Positions 48,831 through 62,404 of a DNA stretch of 64,000 bases are shown here, piece by piece. Position 1 is the first letter of the stretch, and each line of letters starts with the position of its first letter. The DNA is from Takakia lepidozioides. Its lineage: Eukaryota > Plantae > Bryophyta. The stretch lies in assembly GCA_030704615.1 (NCBI GenBank), contig CM060733.1, positions 16,554,001 to 16,618,000 of the forward strand. Reading direction: 5' to 3'. A program made the translations under genes and the position numbers. The notes beneath the pieces were generated by a model. It saw only the letters and a list, made by a program, of their open reading frames with translations. It did not search any database and was not told the origin of the DNA.

Positions 48831-51800
48831 ATGGTGAAAGACTAACTAAAGTTGAGGTTCATGACCCTAAACTTTCAAATCGACGAGTCCCTAGCCAACC
48901 GGAGCTGGACCTTTTTGTTTGAATCCGCTCTTAAGCGTGTTTCCTTTCATAATTACGTACAAACTGTCCTTTTAGATAACGCTACGATCTATATTGCCAC
49001 ATCATAATATCTTATGAGCCTCTACCGTAAACCCTAGCCTCTAATCTGCAGTTGGGTTTTGGGGCTCTGTGATGTTTGGACGTTGTCTGCCGGTGCTGTC
49101 ACTTGCAAGTATGGGCTCCCTACTCAGCTCTATCACTGGAAACGCTATGACATCCAGTTCTGGCTCAATAGATGCAGTGGTTGTTTTGGATCTTTTCTTG
49201 TGACTTCCTATTTTTCTCCCATTATTGGAAAGAATTCCAGGAAGGAGTCCAAGAACTACTTATCCATGTATTAAGAACACCTTTGACTGTACAAGCTAGC
49301 CAAGCAGCACTGTTATCAGTCCAAAAGCAAGAAACACAGACTTCAGCTCCAACTGGGAAACTAAACTCTAAGCTAAGAAAGAACCTCACTCTGCAAGGCA
49401 GCCCATACCGTTCTCTGGTAGGTTCCCAAAGCAATAAACTCTAGCTCTGTTGCAGCTCATGCTGTCTTGCAGAACCTCCTGAAGACTTTATCAAGAACGT
49501 TGGCAGTGGATAGTCAGATTTAGCATACATTGTACTTCATACTGCATAATATGCAAAGTTAGGTTGGATGTCAGAGATTGCAGGGGAACTGTATCACAAT
49601 GATTTAAGTTTGGCCTGGTGGAAGGGCTGGTGGATTCAAAGGTCTTGTTACCAATTGTAAGCTGGGGGTGGATTTGTGCTTTGCAGAAGGTGTTTAGGGA
49701 AGCAATTTCAAAGTCTTTACCCACAGCCACCATTGCTGTCTCTACCATGCAGGAGGCAATGCGACCGCAGGTGGGTCCAAATACTTCAATAGGAATGAAC
49801 CAGGCAGTGAGGGGTGTATCACTGGATGTACTATCTGAGGTTACTCACCTTGCCTGTCTGCTAACTGTTTGAATTGTTCAATCCCATCTTATACGTACCT
49901 GTTTGATCTTCTCCCAGAAGCAAACAGTGCTGGTCCAGGATGAGAACCAACTACTTGAGAATGGCGTACGCACTCTTTTGGAGGAGCTTGTGGTAAGTAT
50001 GTCTCTTTGTCCACCTCGGAATTTCTTGCTGCTCTTATTTTCTTTCTCAAAATGATGATTCGACTTATTTGTGTAGTGCGATGGGCTCTGTGCATCCTCA
50101 TTACTCAGGAAAATCACTCATGAGGCTTCAGAATTGACTCATAAGATGTTTTCTGTGGCCTTATGCCCATAGACCCCGCGCAGAACAAAAGGGACCGGAC
50201 ACTACCTTTGTGAGGGGCGTGTGACTTACCTTGATAAAGACAATTAGTTCGGGTTTTCTAGAGATCTTCTAGAAGCCCTTTACATAAGCATCAACCTGCT
50301 GTGTGTGAGCTGAGAAACAATTAGACCCCAACAGGGCCAGGGCTTTAGGCTCAGCCTCTCAAGAAAATTTGAAAGTTGGGTGAACAGAGGTGCAGAAACA
50401 ATGGTCCTTAAGGGGGTCACTCTCTTGTGAGAATATCCCAGACAGTGTATGAGAAAATGCATCTGTTTATTGCTCAAAGGTAGGTTTCCTGCCCTGAGCT
50501 TAAATTTCAGTCTAGTGCCAAGGGCAGGTACATTAGCTATTCTAGAGCACGCTGACAAGCACGCATCTGCTGTGTGGGTCGACAACTCCAAACATGCTAA
50601 ATCTCTAGAATCCATTCAGGTTGAAGTGCTCAAAGAGACTCCAAGGCAGGCCTGATAACTTTTCAAAGCATGATCCTTTTAACTTCAGTATTAATCCCTC
50701 TGCAGTGTAAAACTTTAGTGAGGCGTTTAGCTGTTTGAACCACTTTCTGTACATGCGCATCCCAGTTGCAGCTGGAGGAAAACTCAACGCCAAGATATGT
50801 GTATGACTGGAGCACAAAAGCGGCGCTGTGGTTAATGGACAGAAATTTGACTTGATATTGACCAAGGTGTAGCTCAAGGCTGTACTGTCTCCCAACTTCT
50901 CTTCACTGTTTTCATCAATCAGTTACTTGAGGATGTGGAAAGTGAGGGGTTTGGGTTGAAGGTGGGTGATGCCACCATTCCAGCCCTTATATTTGCGGAT
51001 GACTTCACAGCCCCATCCAATCCTCAGGAGTTGATTGATTGCGCAAAAAGGTACTTTGACCTGTGGTGGCTAGAAGCGAAATGTTACTAAATGCGCAAAG
51101 TGGCTTTCAATGATCTGGGGAGGGAGGGGAGATGGAGATCTCAAAAGGACTTTCTCCAAGGATGGGGAATCACTTCAGTCTTCCAAAAGGTTGAAGAGAA
51201 GGGCAAGGGCCTCTACCATAGGATCGCCACCATGCTTCATTAGCTCGTTGAAGAAACTTAACTGGAAGGTGTCCTCCACAACAGAAACAGTAATTATAAG
51301 AGAGGAAGTGATTACAAATGCATCATAATGCCATCATGCCCAGCTGCTTTAGAGCCCTTTAGATGTTCTAGAGCTTCAGTAATCTCAGAAGAACAAATGG
51401 GCACGTAGTAACTAGTAACCCTTTGTGATATCCTCTATTTCATCTTGGAGAGTTTTTGCCACTCTTTAGAAAACCCCACACTAATAGGTTCAAGAATGCT
51501 GTAATGTCTGAAAGGGTTTGACAATGTGAACTGTTGTAGTTACCACTGCCCTCTTATTATTCCTTAACTTGCTGGCCAGTTTTCGGCCTGTACAATCGTT
51601 TGTAAGACCAACCCGAATCTTTTATCATTACCACCACGGGGGTTCGAGTCCACTGTACAACTTTTCCCGAAATAATTTCTTCTGAGACCTTACTAGCTGA
51701 TTAACATCTTGCGCATTTGATAATATCTAGTTTGCAAATCCTTCTCGCTTTTATACTACAGCAGTCCTTATAAAGTGCCCCTCTCTTTGAGCTTTGATCT

Positions 51801-54800
51801 CTTCGGTCCACCAATTTGCTGCTCTACCGCAGATAATTACTTTCCTTCCAATGACATTATCAGCCGCAGAGGTGACGAAACTCTCCCAAGAAATCACAGC
51901 TCTTTTGACTTCACCTGTTTAATTATCTAAGTGAGAGGAAAGGTCTTGGAGCAATTAGATAAAGTGTGGGAGAGCCTCTTTCAAGGCCTGGACATATTCT
52001 GTCATGACCTCTTCACAGATCAAGTGTGAAGAGTGAAGAGTTATGCTCATCCTCACCAAGAAGCCCAATGCCGTCAGCTTGTTGTAGACCCTTACCCACC
52101 CGGGCATTAAAGTTGCCTAATAAGCCCACGTGGCCTTTGGCGAGAAACTTAGCACAGTCCACATCATCAAAGGCTTTATCTGCATCAACACTAAGGGTTC
52201 CCTCGGTAGGCATGTAGACACATCCCACAAAAAGGTCTATAGTCCTTGTACTGCCCTTCAATTTCAGTCTTAGCCATATACTGTGTTGGTACCAAAGTTC
52301 CGGGCTGATGATTCAGAATTATCACACAAGAAATCATGGACAAAGAATCCCACAGCTTGCTGACCACACTTTGCAGAGTCCGCTTTGAGGGCACACATCT
52401 TACTGTACCACTTTTATCCGTCAACATCCCCAACTTTCTTGTCCGCAGTTTCCCATGTCTCTTGCCCAGCACAAAAGTGGATACCACTTGCTTGAAGAAC
52501 TTAGCCCACTTCGAATTGTTTCCATTGGTTACTCATCCACAGAAGTTAAAGGTTGAAGGTGCCTAGGTTTTTGCATATGAAATGTCTTCTGTCTAGGTGG
52601 CCTTTGAGAGCGCCTAGACACCCTGCAATTCTTCAATGATTGGTTAGTTTCATTGCGTGCAGGCTTTGATAGTCTTGTGTAAGCTTTGAGGATTGGCATG
52701 CCATTGAGCATGCCATATCCTTCATTCACACGATGATTGGTGACTGCCTACAGAGGTATGTCTGATTCTGGGTCAACCTCTTCCAGGGCTTCAAACGGGT
52801 TGGAAACTTCAGTTTAAAGTCCCCATCTTTGGCTGTCTTCCCTGAGCACCTCACTGGGTCACCAGTGTCTAAGATCACTCTCCAACCAGTCAAGGGTCGA
52901 CCTTCTCTGAGATTAATTTGAAGTGAGTCTCTACGTGTAACATTCTTAGCCTTTCTTACCTTCAATGCACCTCTGACAACATGTCGCGAGATGTGCCATC
53001 ACCCACATAATCCAGGCCTACATTTGAGCGAGTAGTTTTAAAGGACATGTCGTCCATCCTGGGATTCACCTCAAGAACTGCACATGAAGCTCTTGGTTTG
53101 GCATGAGTGACCAGTTCCCAGCAGGAATCACCCTGGGGATTGTGAACCTTTTGAAGAGAGTTTTCATTTTTAGCAGGCAGCAGGTTTAAGCACAAGGGCA
53201 TACCCTAGCCCTAGTGCCGAGCATACAAGACGGAGCATGCAGCTGCCCCAAGCGGTAGGGATCCGCTTGATACCACTCAGAGGTCATCACTCCATAGGAG
53301 CAGCAGGGAATGGCCTGCGTGGAAGCTATGGTCGAGGGAGGATTTCTACCTGCTCTTGGTTTGTACTGACAACTACAGTGCCCTCATACTTCCCTCATTG
53401 CAATCATATAGGGTGCAGCAGTTGATGCTGGGGAGCCAGTGATGCAGTATGGACGGTCTATTGGCGAGGGAGAAGATGGCCATGGGCTCATCACACGACT
53501 CCTTGGTATTGTCCCTGCACTAACCTTTGATGCTTATCAAGTTCATTAAAATATATGCGGACATTGGTTTGCATTTCAAACCTCCACCCAACACCTCAAC
53601 TCTTAAGGACCCCACTCATGTCTACCAGTCCAACACTCATGTTTTATTCATCTGTGTATGCAGACATAATCCTGTATCTCTGTGAGAGAGGCCATGCAGA
53701 GGGAGGCATGGTATTTCAGCTTCTGGAAGATCTAACAGAAGTATCAACCATCAAGGATTGCAAAGAAGTTTTTGGATATATTGAAGGCAAGCAAGAGACT
53801 CTTGGCAAGGTCAGTGCAAGCAGGACCCTATCTTATAACAGAAGTCATTTGATTCTGGATGGTCTGGAGCAGTGTTTTTTCTTTTTCTTTTTTCAGAAGT
53901 AGCTGGCAGGCCACTTGTGTATTCTACTCAGTGCCCAGCTGGCACCTCTTAGAGAGACCGCTAGATGACAGGTGGCATGTTTTAACAGGTCATGATGGCA
54001 CACTTAGGCACCTGATATTCCACCACTGGCATTTTCTGGCGATTTTTTCGGATTTTAACCCCAATAATTTCTTTGTACAAGTAGCTGACCCATTTTCCAG
54101 ATCAAAATCTGGTGATATATCGCCAGACAAAAAAACACTGGTCTGGAGTAGACCTCATTCCTTGTCTTTGTTTCTTGTATGTAGGCGGAGCTGTTTGGGC
54201 GAGGCAAGCTTGTGATGCTACGAACGTGCAATCAGCTGCTCCGCCGCCTTTCTAAGGTATCCATGCAAATTCCAGTTTTCTGCACTTTGAGGTGCAGCAA
54301 GGACTTTTCCTTTGTTTGACTAGCAAAACAAAAGCTCAACAATGTCTCATTTATCTCTCTTCAATGCTAATCCTCTCTTCCTTTTGAAACATTATTGTGT
54401 TTATACATGCTTTCTCAAGGACTCCACCATTGATAAGCATGATTGTGTGTTCAGGCCAATGACGTGGTTTTCTGTGGTCGGATTTTGATGTTCCTCGCCC
54501 ACTTTTTCCCTCTCTCTGAACGCTCCGGTAAGCAAGTCTGCTAGGTGGTTGGGATGCATAGTCATCTCATACAGATACCACCCCAACTTTCGCACATTGT
54601 ATTGTTTGCCTCCATTGCAATCCTTTGCAAGGAGTATACCAATGCATAATTTGAAGCCAATTGTTTTTGCCTTTGCTTCTAGGAAACCTATTCATGCCTT
54701 GCTGTTGTGAAACTGGCTTTCCAGCATGAATGTGTAAAGAAGATAAACAAATTGTTGCCGTCTTGCAACAATTTGAGAGAAAACCGCTTGAAAAACACAT

Positions 54801-57800
54801 TGACTTGGTTAGGGATTCCTATAGGATTCTCCAGCATGGTTTCATCATCCTCAGGCCCTATGCATAAGATATGTTATGGAGGATGTGTCAGAGCTTGCAT
54901 TACTAGATCATTGTTGAAGCATAGCGGGCTGATTCATGTATAGGTGTCGGCTTGTCTTCTCTTGGCAGCTGTGAATATCAAGGGTGTCTGCAACTTCTCT
55001 AATGAGACCAAGTACGAGAAGGATCCCCCCAGTGATGGTATACATATGGAAACTTTTGTAACGTGAAGCCTAACTTCCACCTCATTCATGACTCCATCCA
55101 TGTTTCACATGATCGTGAATCAAGTAGTTGCTCTCCTAATCTCCCTGTTCTGCCTGTGTCAGGTCTGCCAATTGACTTCAACTTTTACAAGACATTCTGG
55201 AGTCTCCAGGTGAGCTACAAATTGTCAAGTGGACTCATCTGTGGTTGTCCCTTCATCACTAGTAAAAGGTGCTCTTTAAACACTTGGAGACCTGCAATGC
55301 TTTCTATGGTGCTCCCCAGATATTTGTGGCTGGTGGATGTGGCTCAGCATTTTTACACGCAGCATTTGGAAAGTAAGACAAAGTTTAGGGGTCACCCCCC
55401 ACCAGTATGAAGAAAAACATTGAGGCCTTTTATGGATTGAAGCCGTTTAGTGTGGAAATGAGACACCAGTGCAAATTTGAGTCCTTGTTTTGTTGACTGA
55501 TCTGGGTTTGGATGTGTGGGGGTGGCTTGGAAGGAGCATTTCTGCAACCCAGTAACACTAATGCAACACCCAACTAGGTGGCAAACCTTCTCAGCAAGCC
55601 TTGCGGTGCCTCTCCCACCTTGCTTTTCCCCTTTCTGTTTCTTCTGGATGTTGAAGTTCCTCTGTTTGTTTGTTTCTTCTTTCATCTCCCGAACGAGTTG
55701 GACCAGCCTTTCTTTTATTTGGTTACCTTTCAACTATCATGCACTTATAAAATATTGATGATGTACACGTTATGAATGGATGGTTGCAGACGGTGCTGAG
55801 TACATTTGATGCTCAACCTTTGGGGGATGATAATGAAAGTTCTAGCCATCTTGATGAGGGAGATGACGTGACGTTTAACATCAAATATCTGACTAGTAGC
55901 AATCTCATGAGCTTAGAGGTTGGCAGCTATCCTCTTGTCCCCTGTTTCCTAGTCTATGTTGTAGGGACTTCTTGGCACAGATCAATGAGGTTGTTTCTCA
56001 AAGGAGTTTTGGTAAAGTGAATTATGTTTGCATTATCCTTTTGCTCCCATTGAATACCTTTAAAATTTAAGCCTGGAGAGTTAAAAGTTATCTTTGTGTT
56101 TACCAAGCCATGGTGTTTGGATTCCCATCAGGCTGCAGTTGCATAAGACATGGTTACTGTACATTCCTTATTTGTCTGTATTATTACGTTGTAGTGATTT
56201 ATTATCACCTTTTATTATCCTTCATATTTCTCTGAAGTTCTTAAGTGCTCTTTGTTGTGGGCAGCTGAAAGATCCAGGTTTTAGGCGGCATGTGCTGGTC
56301 CAGTGCCTGATCATATTTGATTTTCTGAAGGTTCACTTCACTCTCTATTCTGCCTTTGTTTACTTGTTTGCCACTAGCTGTGCTGCAATTTGGGAATTAG
56401 AGTAGTCTGAACTGTGTTGGTGTCTAGAAGAGGGCTCAACGCTCTTGTGAAAGGCTCGCTTGGTTCCGTCTATGATGAAGGTTGGTCCTATCGTCATGTT
56501 CTACTCCGTTCTGCATACTTTCCTTACTTTTTGATGGTTGTTTTCACCAGACTCCAGGAAAGACAGAGAAAGACGGCCTTAGAGAGACTCTGGTAAGGTA
56601 GCCTGGTATACTGTGCCATAAATTTATTTGAGTGAATATCTAGTGAATGCTTTTATGATGGATATTGGAGCTCTGGTACTATCAACATGTGAACAAAACA
56701 CCTGCAAGTTTTCGTTGTTGTGATCCCGAGGAGCAAGTCCTTTTTTCCTTAGTATGTGTCAGAAAACTCGCAAAGCTGCTTTCCAGTGATACCTGGGTAG
56801 TACTATCCTTTCTCTGTTATATCAATTATATTCTCTTACATTTAGACTGCATCTAATAAGCAGATTCTTTAGTTTCTACTTTGTCCCTAATAATTTCTCC
56901 TGCTTGTCAGAGAGAGGAGATGAAAATACATGAGGAGCATGTGAAGCGGCTGCTTGAAACTACACCTCCTAAGGGCAAGGAGTTTCTGGCCTCTATTGAA
57001 CATATTTTGGAGCGTGAGCGTAACTGGGTTGGTTGCTCGTCTCCTTCAGTGTCTCTACTGTTTGAGTAGATAGTTACTATTGGATGAGATTCAATTTTGG
57101 AGGTAAGTGGACCAGAGGTGATGGAATTGAGGCTTGCACAAGGTGCAATTGGAAATCCTGCACTGTGGGTACAACTGAAGGAGGGGTTAGCTTAGGAAGT
57201 GAATGTTCCCCCAACTGTTTTCTGAGACTTTTCAGCAGTCTGCAGGATGCTAATTGGTACTTTCTTCCAAAAGATAAGTACAACTAGGGTCAATTCCACG
57301 TCCAAGTCAAGGTAGGTAATAACTCTGGATCCAAGAACTAGGCCCACCACAAAAGCTCCGTTTCCAGGTTTTCAACCAAGAAAATTTATTTCTGGACTTT
57401 GTCACTTCCTCTTTGTAACTTGTTAACAAAAATGACCAAGTCTTTACAAGTATTTTGTAAGGAAATTAGTTGGGAACGTTAGGGATCCTCCAAGTGGCCA
57501 GACACTATTGCTAGTCATCTACTACTCACAGATCTAAGCTCTTCACTTCCAGAAAGAACTTTCTGTCGTGAAAATGGTAAATGTTCTGGCAGGTGTTGAT
57601 AGGCTTGATTTGAGCAGGTGTGGTGGAAGCGTGATGGTTGCCCGGCATTTGAGAGGGTTATTCCAGAGCGCAAAACCACGCAGGAGGCTAGCAAAAGGCG
57701 GTAGGCTTTTGTTCTTATATTGAGATTCACGCAAGAGTTTTCGATTAACTTATGGCAGACTCAATGGTAAACTCAATTTTAAGCAAGACCAATAGCATCC

Positions 57801-60583
57801 AGCCTTTCCTTACAATGTTCAAGGTGAACGATCTAGCTGGCTTGATCAAAGAAGCTCATGTTGGCTGTATAAAGCCCCGTAAGTTATTGGGGGGATGTAT
57901 CCTCGTGACTCTTGTGTCAAGTACGGTTCATTCGTTGATCCCACAAAGTGGCTGTATGCTTTTCATTTTTTACTACAAGTGAGTAAGCACTTGACAGACG
58001 GAAGAAAAGAAGAGGTGGTACTACATCAAAGTGGAAGGTGTCTCACCAGGAAAATTTCTGGCCTGCTTGCTTGCAGTTTCAATCACTACAGTAGGCTTGG
58101 TTTCGGTGTGTGGACCTCCATTTGTTGAGGTGGATTGTTGTCTGACTGTATCAGGAAGCCCAGGTGGAGGCTTGGTAACAAGGAGCTTCATCAGCTCTGG
58201 AGGTGGGCTGACAACAATCCTGTGAGTCTTTCTCATCAGAGTGTGGAGCAAGTATGAGTTTCGTTTTCTGGCCTTACTCCTATGTCTGCCCTCCCAGTTG
58301 ATGAGAGAGGTGGAGGGAAAGAAGTTATCCTAAAGTTCATATCTCTCGTCATTCTATATTGGATTGTGATTGCCACGGTTCTTGCAGAATGCTGTGACTG
58401 ATGTACAGAGGGTACGGATGCCACCTATCTCTGAATATTGGAAACTTCTTGCGGATGATGTAAGTATCTTCTCCTTCTTCCTTTAGCTGTTGCTCTTGTC
58501 AGTTCAATATCTTGTGCTCTGAGGAGCATTCCAACAGAGGCTTGGAGGTGAGTTTAAGAGCCAGATCTTGCCAACACGAAGGGATGGGTGGGCATTTTGG
58601 TGACACTATTGTTGGGTGTTTTAAGCCACTCAGCAGGGATTGCCCTTGAAATTGACATGCAGATGGATCCATCTGCTGGTATAGAGGATGAGTACCACCA
58701 TAAGAATAACAAGGTACCTCCTATTTCCTTCGTCCACCTGTAGCTACTTTGGTTTGAACTTCCACTACCTGTGCTAGGATATTGGCATCTTTGAGTTTGT
58801 GCTCGAAGAATAAGGGTCTGCATGGAGGCCTGATGAGCGCCTATCAGCCCCAGCATTCCTTCGAACCATGGTCAAAAAATTTGCAGGTACTTCGCACAGG
58901 TCATGAGATCAATCTTTCTGATCCAGGGCAGTGATTGATTGTTACAAGGGTTTCATGTCACCTCCACCTCTACACTCTACACTCATTCTACGCAAGAGCT
59001 GCCAATCAATCCAGTTAGAATAGTTCCCCAATATTCTATATCGGGCACCTGCATCCCAATATCCAGCACTTGTGTCTGCCTTTTGTGAGCTGAAATGGTG
59101 GTAATTGTAGGTGTATTGTTGGAAAGGCCTCCGATTCTCCGCGCGGCAAGACCTTGATGGATTTTCCAGGGTAATCCATTAACCTGAACATTTTTTGGAA
59201 ACAACCAAGTTTTGCTTGTCTTCTTTGGTCATCACTTGGCAGTCTGTCTTGATATTCCCTTGTAATCCATCGCTGTTTATAGCTCTGGTGCGTTTACCAG
59301 GGAGGAGCATTGATTGTATAAACCCCAATCTGACAAGTATCTCAACGTCACGTTAAGTTGACGTGTAGGGTAGTCTTCCTGCATTTGTGAGTTCCAACCA
59401 GCATAGGAAGCACGCTTAATGGAGGCATTGTGAGTAAGAATGCCATTCTGTTGACTGCAACAACTCGTCATCTGGCTCAATTCCTGAGCGGGGAACTTGT
59501 CACAGGATCCTTGATACGACTTTGACACCTGTGAGGCTGCCTGGATTTCCTTCTACACAAATGCAAAGCCTGCAACTATTATGCATGCCATATCTCTTGA
59601 GTGTGTGGAAAGTTTGGAAGTGTGGCTGCAACTTTCTTTAGACTTCTCATATTTCTTTAGTTGGTCAGAACTAGCAGACATCTGCCTCTCACAACCAGCT
59701 AAGTTTCTCCTGATTGTCAGAGTCCTGGGGATCAAGAAGATATGAGTGGTTGGGTGTGATGGTTGCAGTATACAGAGCAAAAGATAGGTGGTGTTGTACC
59801 ACCCGAGCTGTTCACCAGTGAAGTACGGAACTTGATACACAAGAACTCCGACAAACCCAGGGCGAAAGGAGTGAAGAAAGAGGAAGATGACATTGTTTCT
59901 ATCGTTCAGACTGAGGATCAGGCTGATGAGGCTCAGGTAACCTCCATTTTCTGGTGGCTATTCAGGAGCAGTGAAATTATTACATGGTTTCATAAACCCA
60001 GTTGCCATTTCTGTCACAGCTGGGCTTGCCTGGGAAAGTTGTGGCATGGAGAAGGGCAAAGATATCCATGCTGACATTATCAAAGCTGGAATTTCGTCAT
60101 ACATTAATTGGGAGACTGCCCTTGTTAACATGTATGCCAAATATGGGAGTGTAAGGGAGGCCTATCTAGTGTTCAACAATATGGTGGCAGGATATACCAA
60201 GCATGGTTGTGGTAGGAACAAATCTGATAGTAGTATTTTGCGTTGTTTCCCAGGCCAACATCAGTCTTGCAGGGTTGGATGAGAGTGGACCTCCTCAAGA
60301 TATGGATGATGGGATTCCACTAGACACAGATGCTGGTATAACAGCTGATCAGAATGAGCTCAATGTGCCAGATCGCGCTCAGCCTGCCAAGGGCCTGTCA
60401 CCACCATCTACAGCAGATAATTCCCCCATTCACACAAGTGGTAGTGCACCCAGTGTGCCTCCAAGGCCTCTGGGCCTGACAGAAGTTGTAATGCTTGACG
60501 TGTCAACAGGCAGTAAAGAGTCAAGTCCAAAGAAATCAGAAACCAAACAAAGTGGAAGGAAACGGTCTCATCCCGATAATTGA
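48831..60583 (+). CDS. THO1: THO complex subunit 1 (HPR1)
   Basis: Exons include 49918-49992, 53412-53505, 53664-53809, 54185-54256, 54455-54527, 54969-55037, 55163-55209, 55534-55605, 55790-55918, 56265-56330, 56551-56592, 56911-57027, 57618-57700, 58155-58221, 58388-58459, 58663-58713, 59111-59170, 59769-59936, 60254-60583. Motifs GKLVMLRTCNQLLRRLSK, FFPLSERS, DFNFYKTFWSLQ, ERERNWVWWKRDGCP. The ATG-only first exon (48831) and the end of the exon starting at 49241 are uncertain. Confidence 0.92.
50134..53340 (-). mobile_element. Degenerate RTE/RTEX-like LINE in a THO1 intron, with inverted RT core
   Basis: ORF1-like VSNPFEAL at about 52790; APE CVYMP..LLGNFNARVG at 52013-52490; RT QGC..LFTVFIN..LIFADDF on the opposite strand at 50817-51151; 3' end shared with the copies at 4590 and 6089. 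Confidence 0.8.
60046..60215 (+). pseudogene. PLS-PPR fragment inside the last THO1 intron
   Basis: MEKGKDIHADIIKAG..TALVNMYAKYGSVREAYLVFNNM/VAGYTKHGCG. Confidence 0.75.
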
Positions 60584-62404
60584 GCACCTCTGCCGAGGCC
60601 TGGTGGAAAACAAATTTCTTACTGTAAAAGTGTACGTCTTGTGTGTTTGGACTGGATCCATGTCTTCCCATGGAAGGTTCCTTTGAAGGAATTATGCACA
60701 TGCACACTGACAGGCCTTGTAAGATTAGATATCCCTTGTACTATATTTTACTTCGGCTTAGGGCCACTTTACGTTTGGGACCAAGACCGAAAAAGCTTGG
60801 AGCTTTCCCACTGGCCGGTGGGTTAGTCCTTGGTTGTTTTGGTGTCACTACGGACCAAGAAAAGTGGAAATGATGTGGCGTCTTGGTGATATTGACTATG
60901 GCGCAGGGACGAAGAAAAAACTCCATGGGAGAACCAACTTTTTGGAAAGCAGCTAAAAAGTATTTTTCCGTAAGACCATAGTTGTTTATGGTACTATACT
61001 GATGCCTTTTGTCTCCATCAGTTTCCCTCTTTTTTTGGGTCACTAGTCACTACTGTAGCAAGTTTGAGAAGGAAAACTGTGCATGATATGTCAAAGATTG
61101 ACAAAGGCTAAGAGCAGGTTGTTGCAATGGGGCAGCTTGTGCAAACACATGCATGGTGAAAACTAGTGTAATCAGACTCTAATGCCTCCTTTGTACAGGT
61201 GTGAAGGGAGGTTAGAAACTATCAAATGTTAAAAGATGTTAAGAGAATTGCACTGTCACATGAAGTGGTAGACCTCACTTTCTTGGTCTTGGACTTAAAC
61301 GCCTTTACACACTAACTTTGGTCCTTAGGATATTAACATTTCTGTCTGCAATGAACACTTCTGGATATTTCCACCTGTCTGAGTTAAGTGATGGATACAT
61401 CCCCCACAAAGCTCTACCAAGCATTGCCAACTCTGCAGGCATGAATCCAATTGAAGCTATCCCAGAATGACAGGATAAAAGGCCTGCTTTTGTAAATAGG
61501 GTTGGCAAAGCTTGCCTTGCAGAACCACCTTCACTTTGAAGAAGGTATAGAAGCCTTGTGTTCTATGTCTTACTAACATATACAGCAGACTATGAAATGC
61601 TTCAAACTTGCACGTTTTACATTGTTGGGGCAGGAGGTGATGTTTCTGCCCAAGCAGCCCCACGAGTGTGAATCTTTAAGGAACTCCTGCTAGCGCTGTT
61701 CCATTGACCTACTTACATACCAGATACACCCAATGATCGGCCTTGTCTGACTATCCCGTCGACTTTCTTGCTTCTTTGCCCAGAGTGCATTCCCTTTCTG
61801 CTGGATTGGTCAAAAGACAATTCCAAGCCTAGATCCTATGGCGCATACAACACAGGGATCCCAAGGAAGGAAGCTGCGAAGTGCTTCCTCTAATTATCTA
61901 ATTTGAATGGCATACCTGCAGGTTGGCGAGGCGCCATAGCAACCACATGCAAGGGACTCCGTCCTCTGCACATTGTTTGGACCCCAATCGATGGTGGGAC
62001 AATCAAGGCAAAAAGGTGAATACCTGTTGAAGAGAAGCAGACAACAAGATGCATTACAAAGCTTCCCTCTCTCCTAAACAAATTTTTAAGAGTCTTGGGA
62101 GCAATTCAGTGTAGGAACCTGTGTGTTGATAATTAGGGTTGGAGTGCTTGCTAGGAAAATTTATAGGTTGTCAATATCAGCTTCTAGCAGCAAGGGGAGG
62201 ATACTTGTAATGTTAGTGCTGAGGCAGGGATACTGAAGGAGCAGGGATGGAGTGTGGGTGCAGATTCATGCAAGAGGACCGGATTTCAAGCACAAGAGTA
62301 GCTATGATCCCCTGTGGATTGATAGCTACAAGAAACCTGCATGGGTATATAGTGAACTGGAAATAGCAGCAGTACCGCAGGTGATAAAATCAGCCACCTC
62401 CACT

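Noticed and set aside
51635-51655. tRNA B-box (GGTTCGAGTCC)
   Set aside because: No A-box or cloverleaf; it lies within LINE coding remnant.
53200-53340. HDV-like ribozyme at the LINE 5' end
   Set aside because: Hairpins exist (CAAGCGG/CCGCTTG), but I could not assemble the nested double pseudoknot by eye; an RNA motif search would be needed.
58823-58925. Intronic box C/D snoRNA or hammerhead (CTGATGA...CTGA)
   Set aside because: Box C is non-canonical, I found no convincing rRNA-complementary guide, and there is no GAAA after a stem II.
61340-61500. S1-domain-like YFHLSELSDGYI snippet
   Set aside because: Too short and interrupted by stops to support a call.
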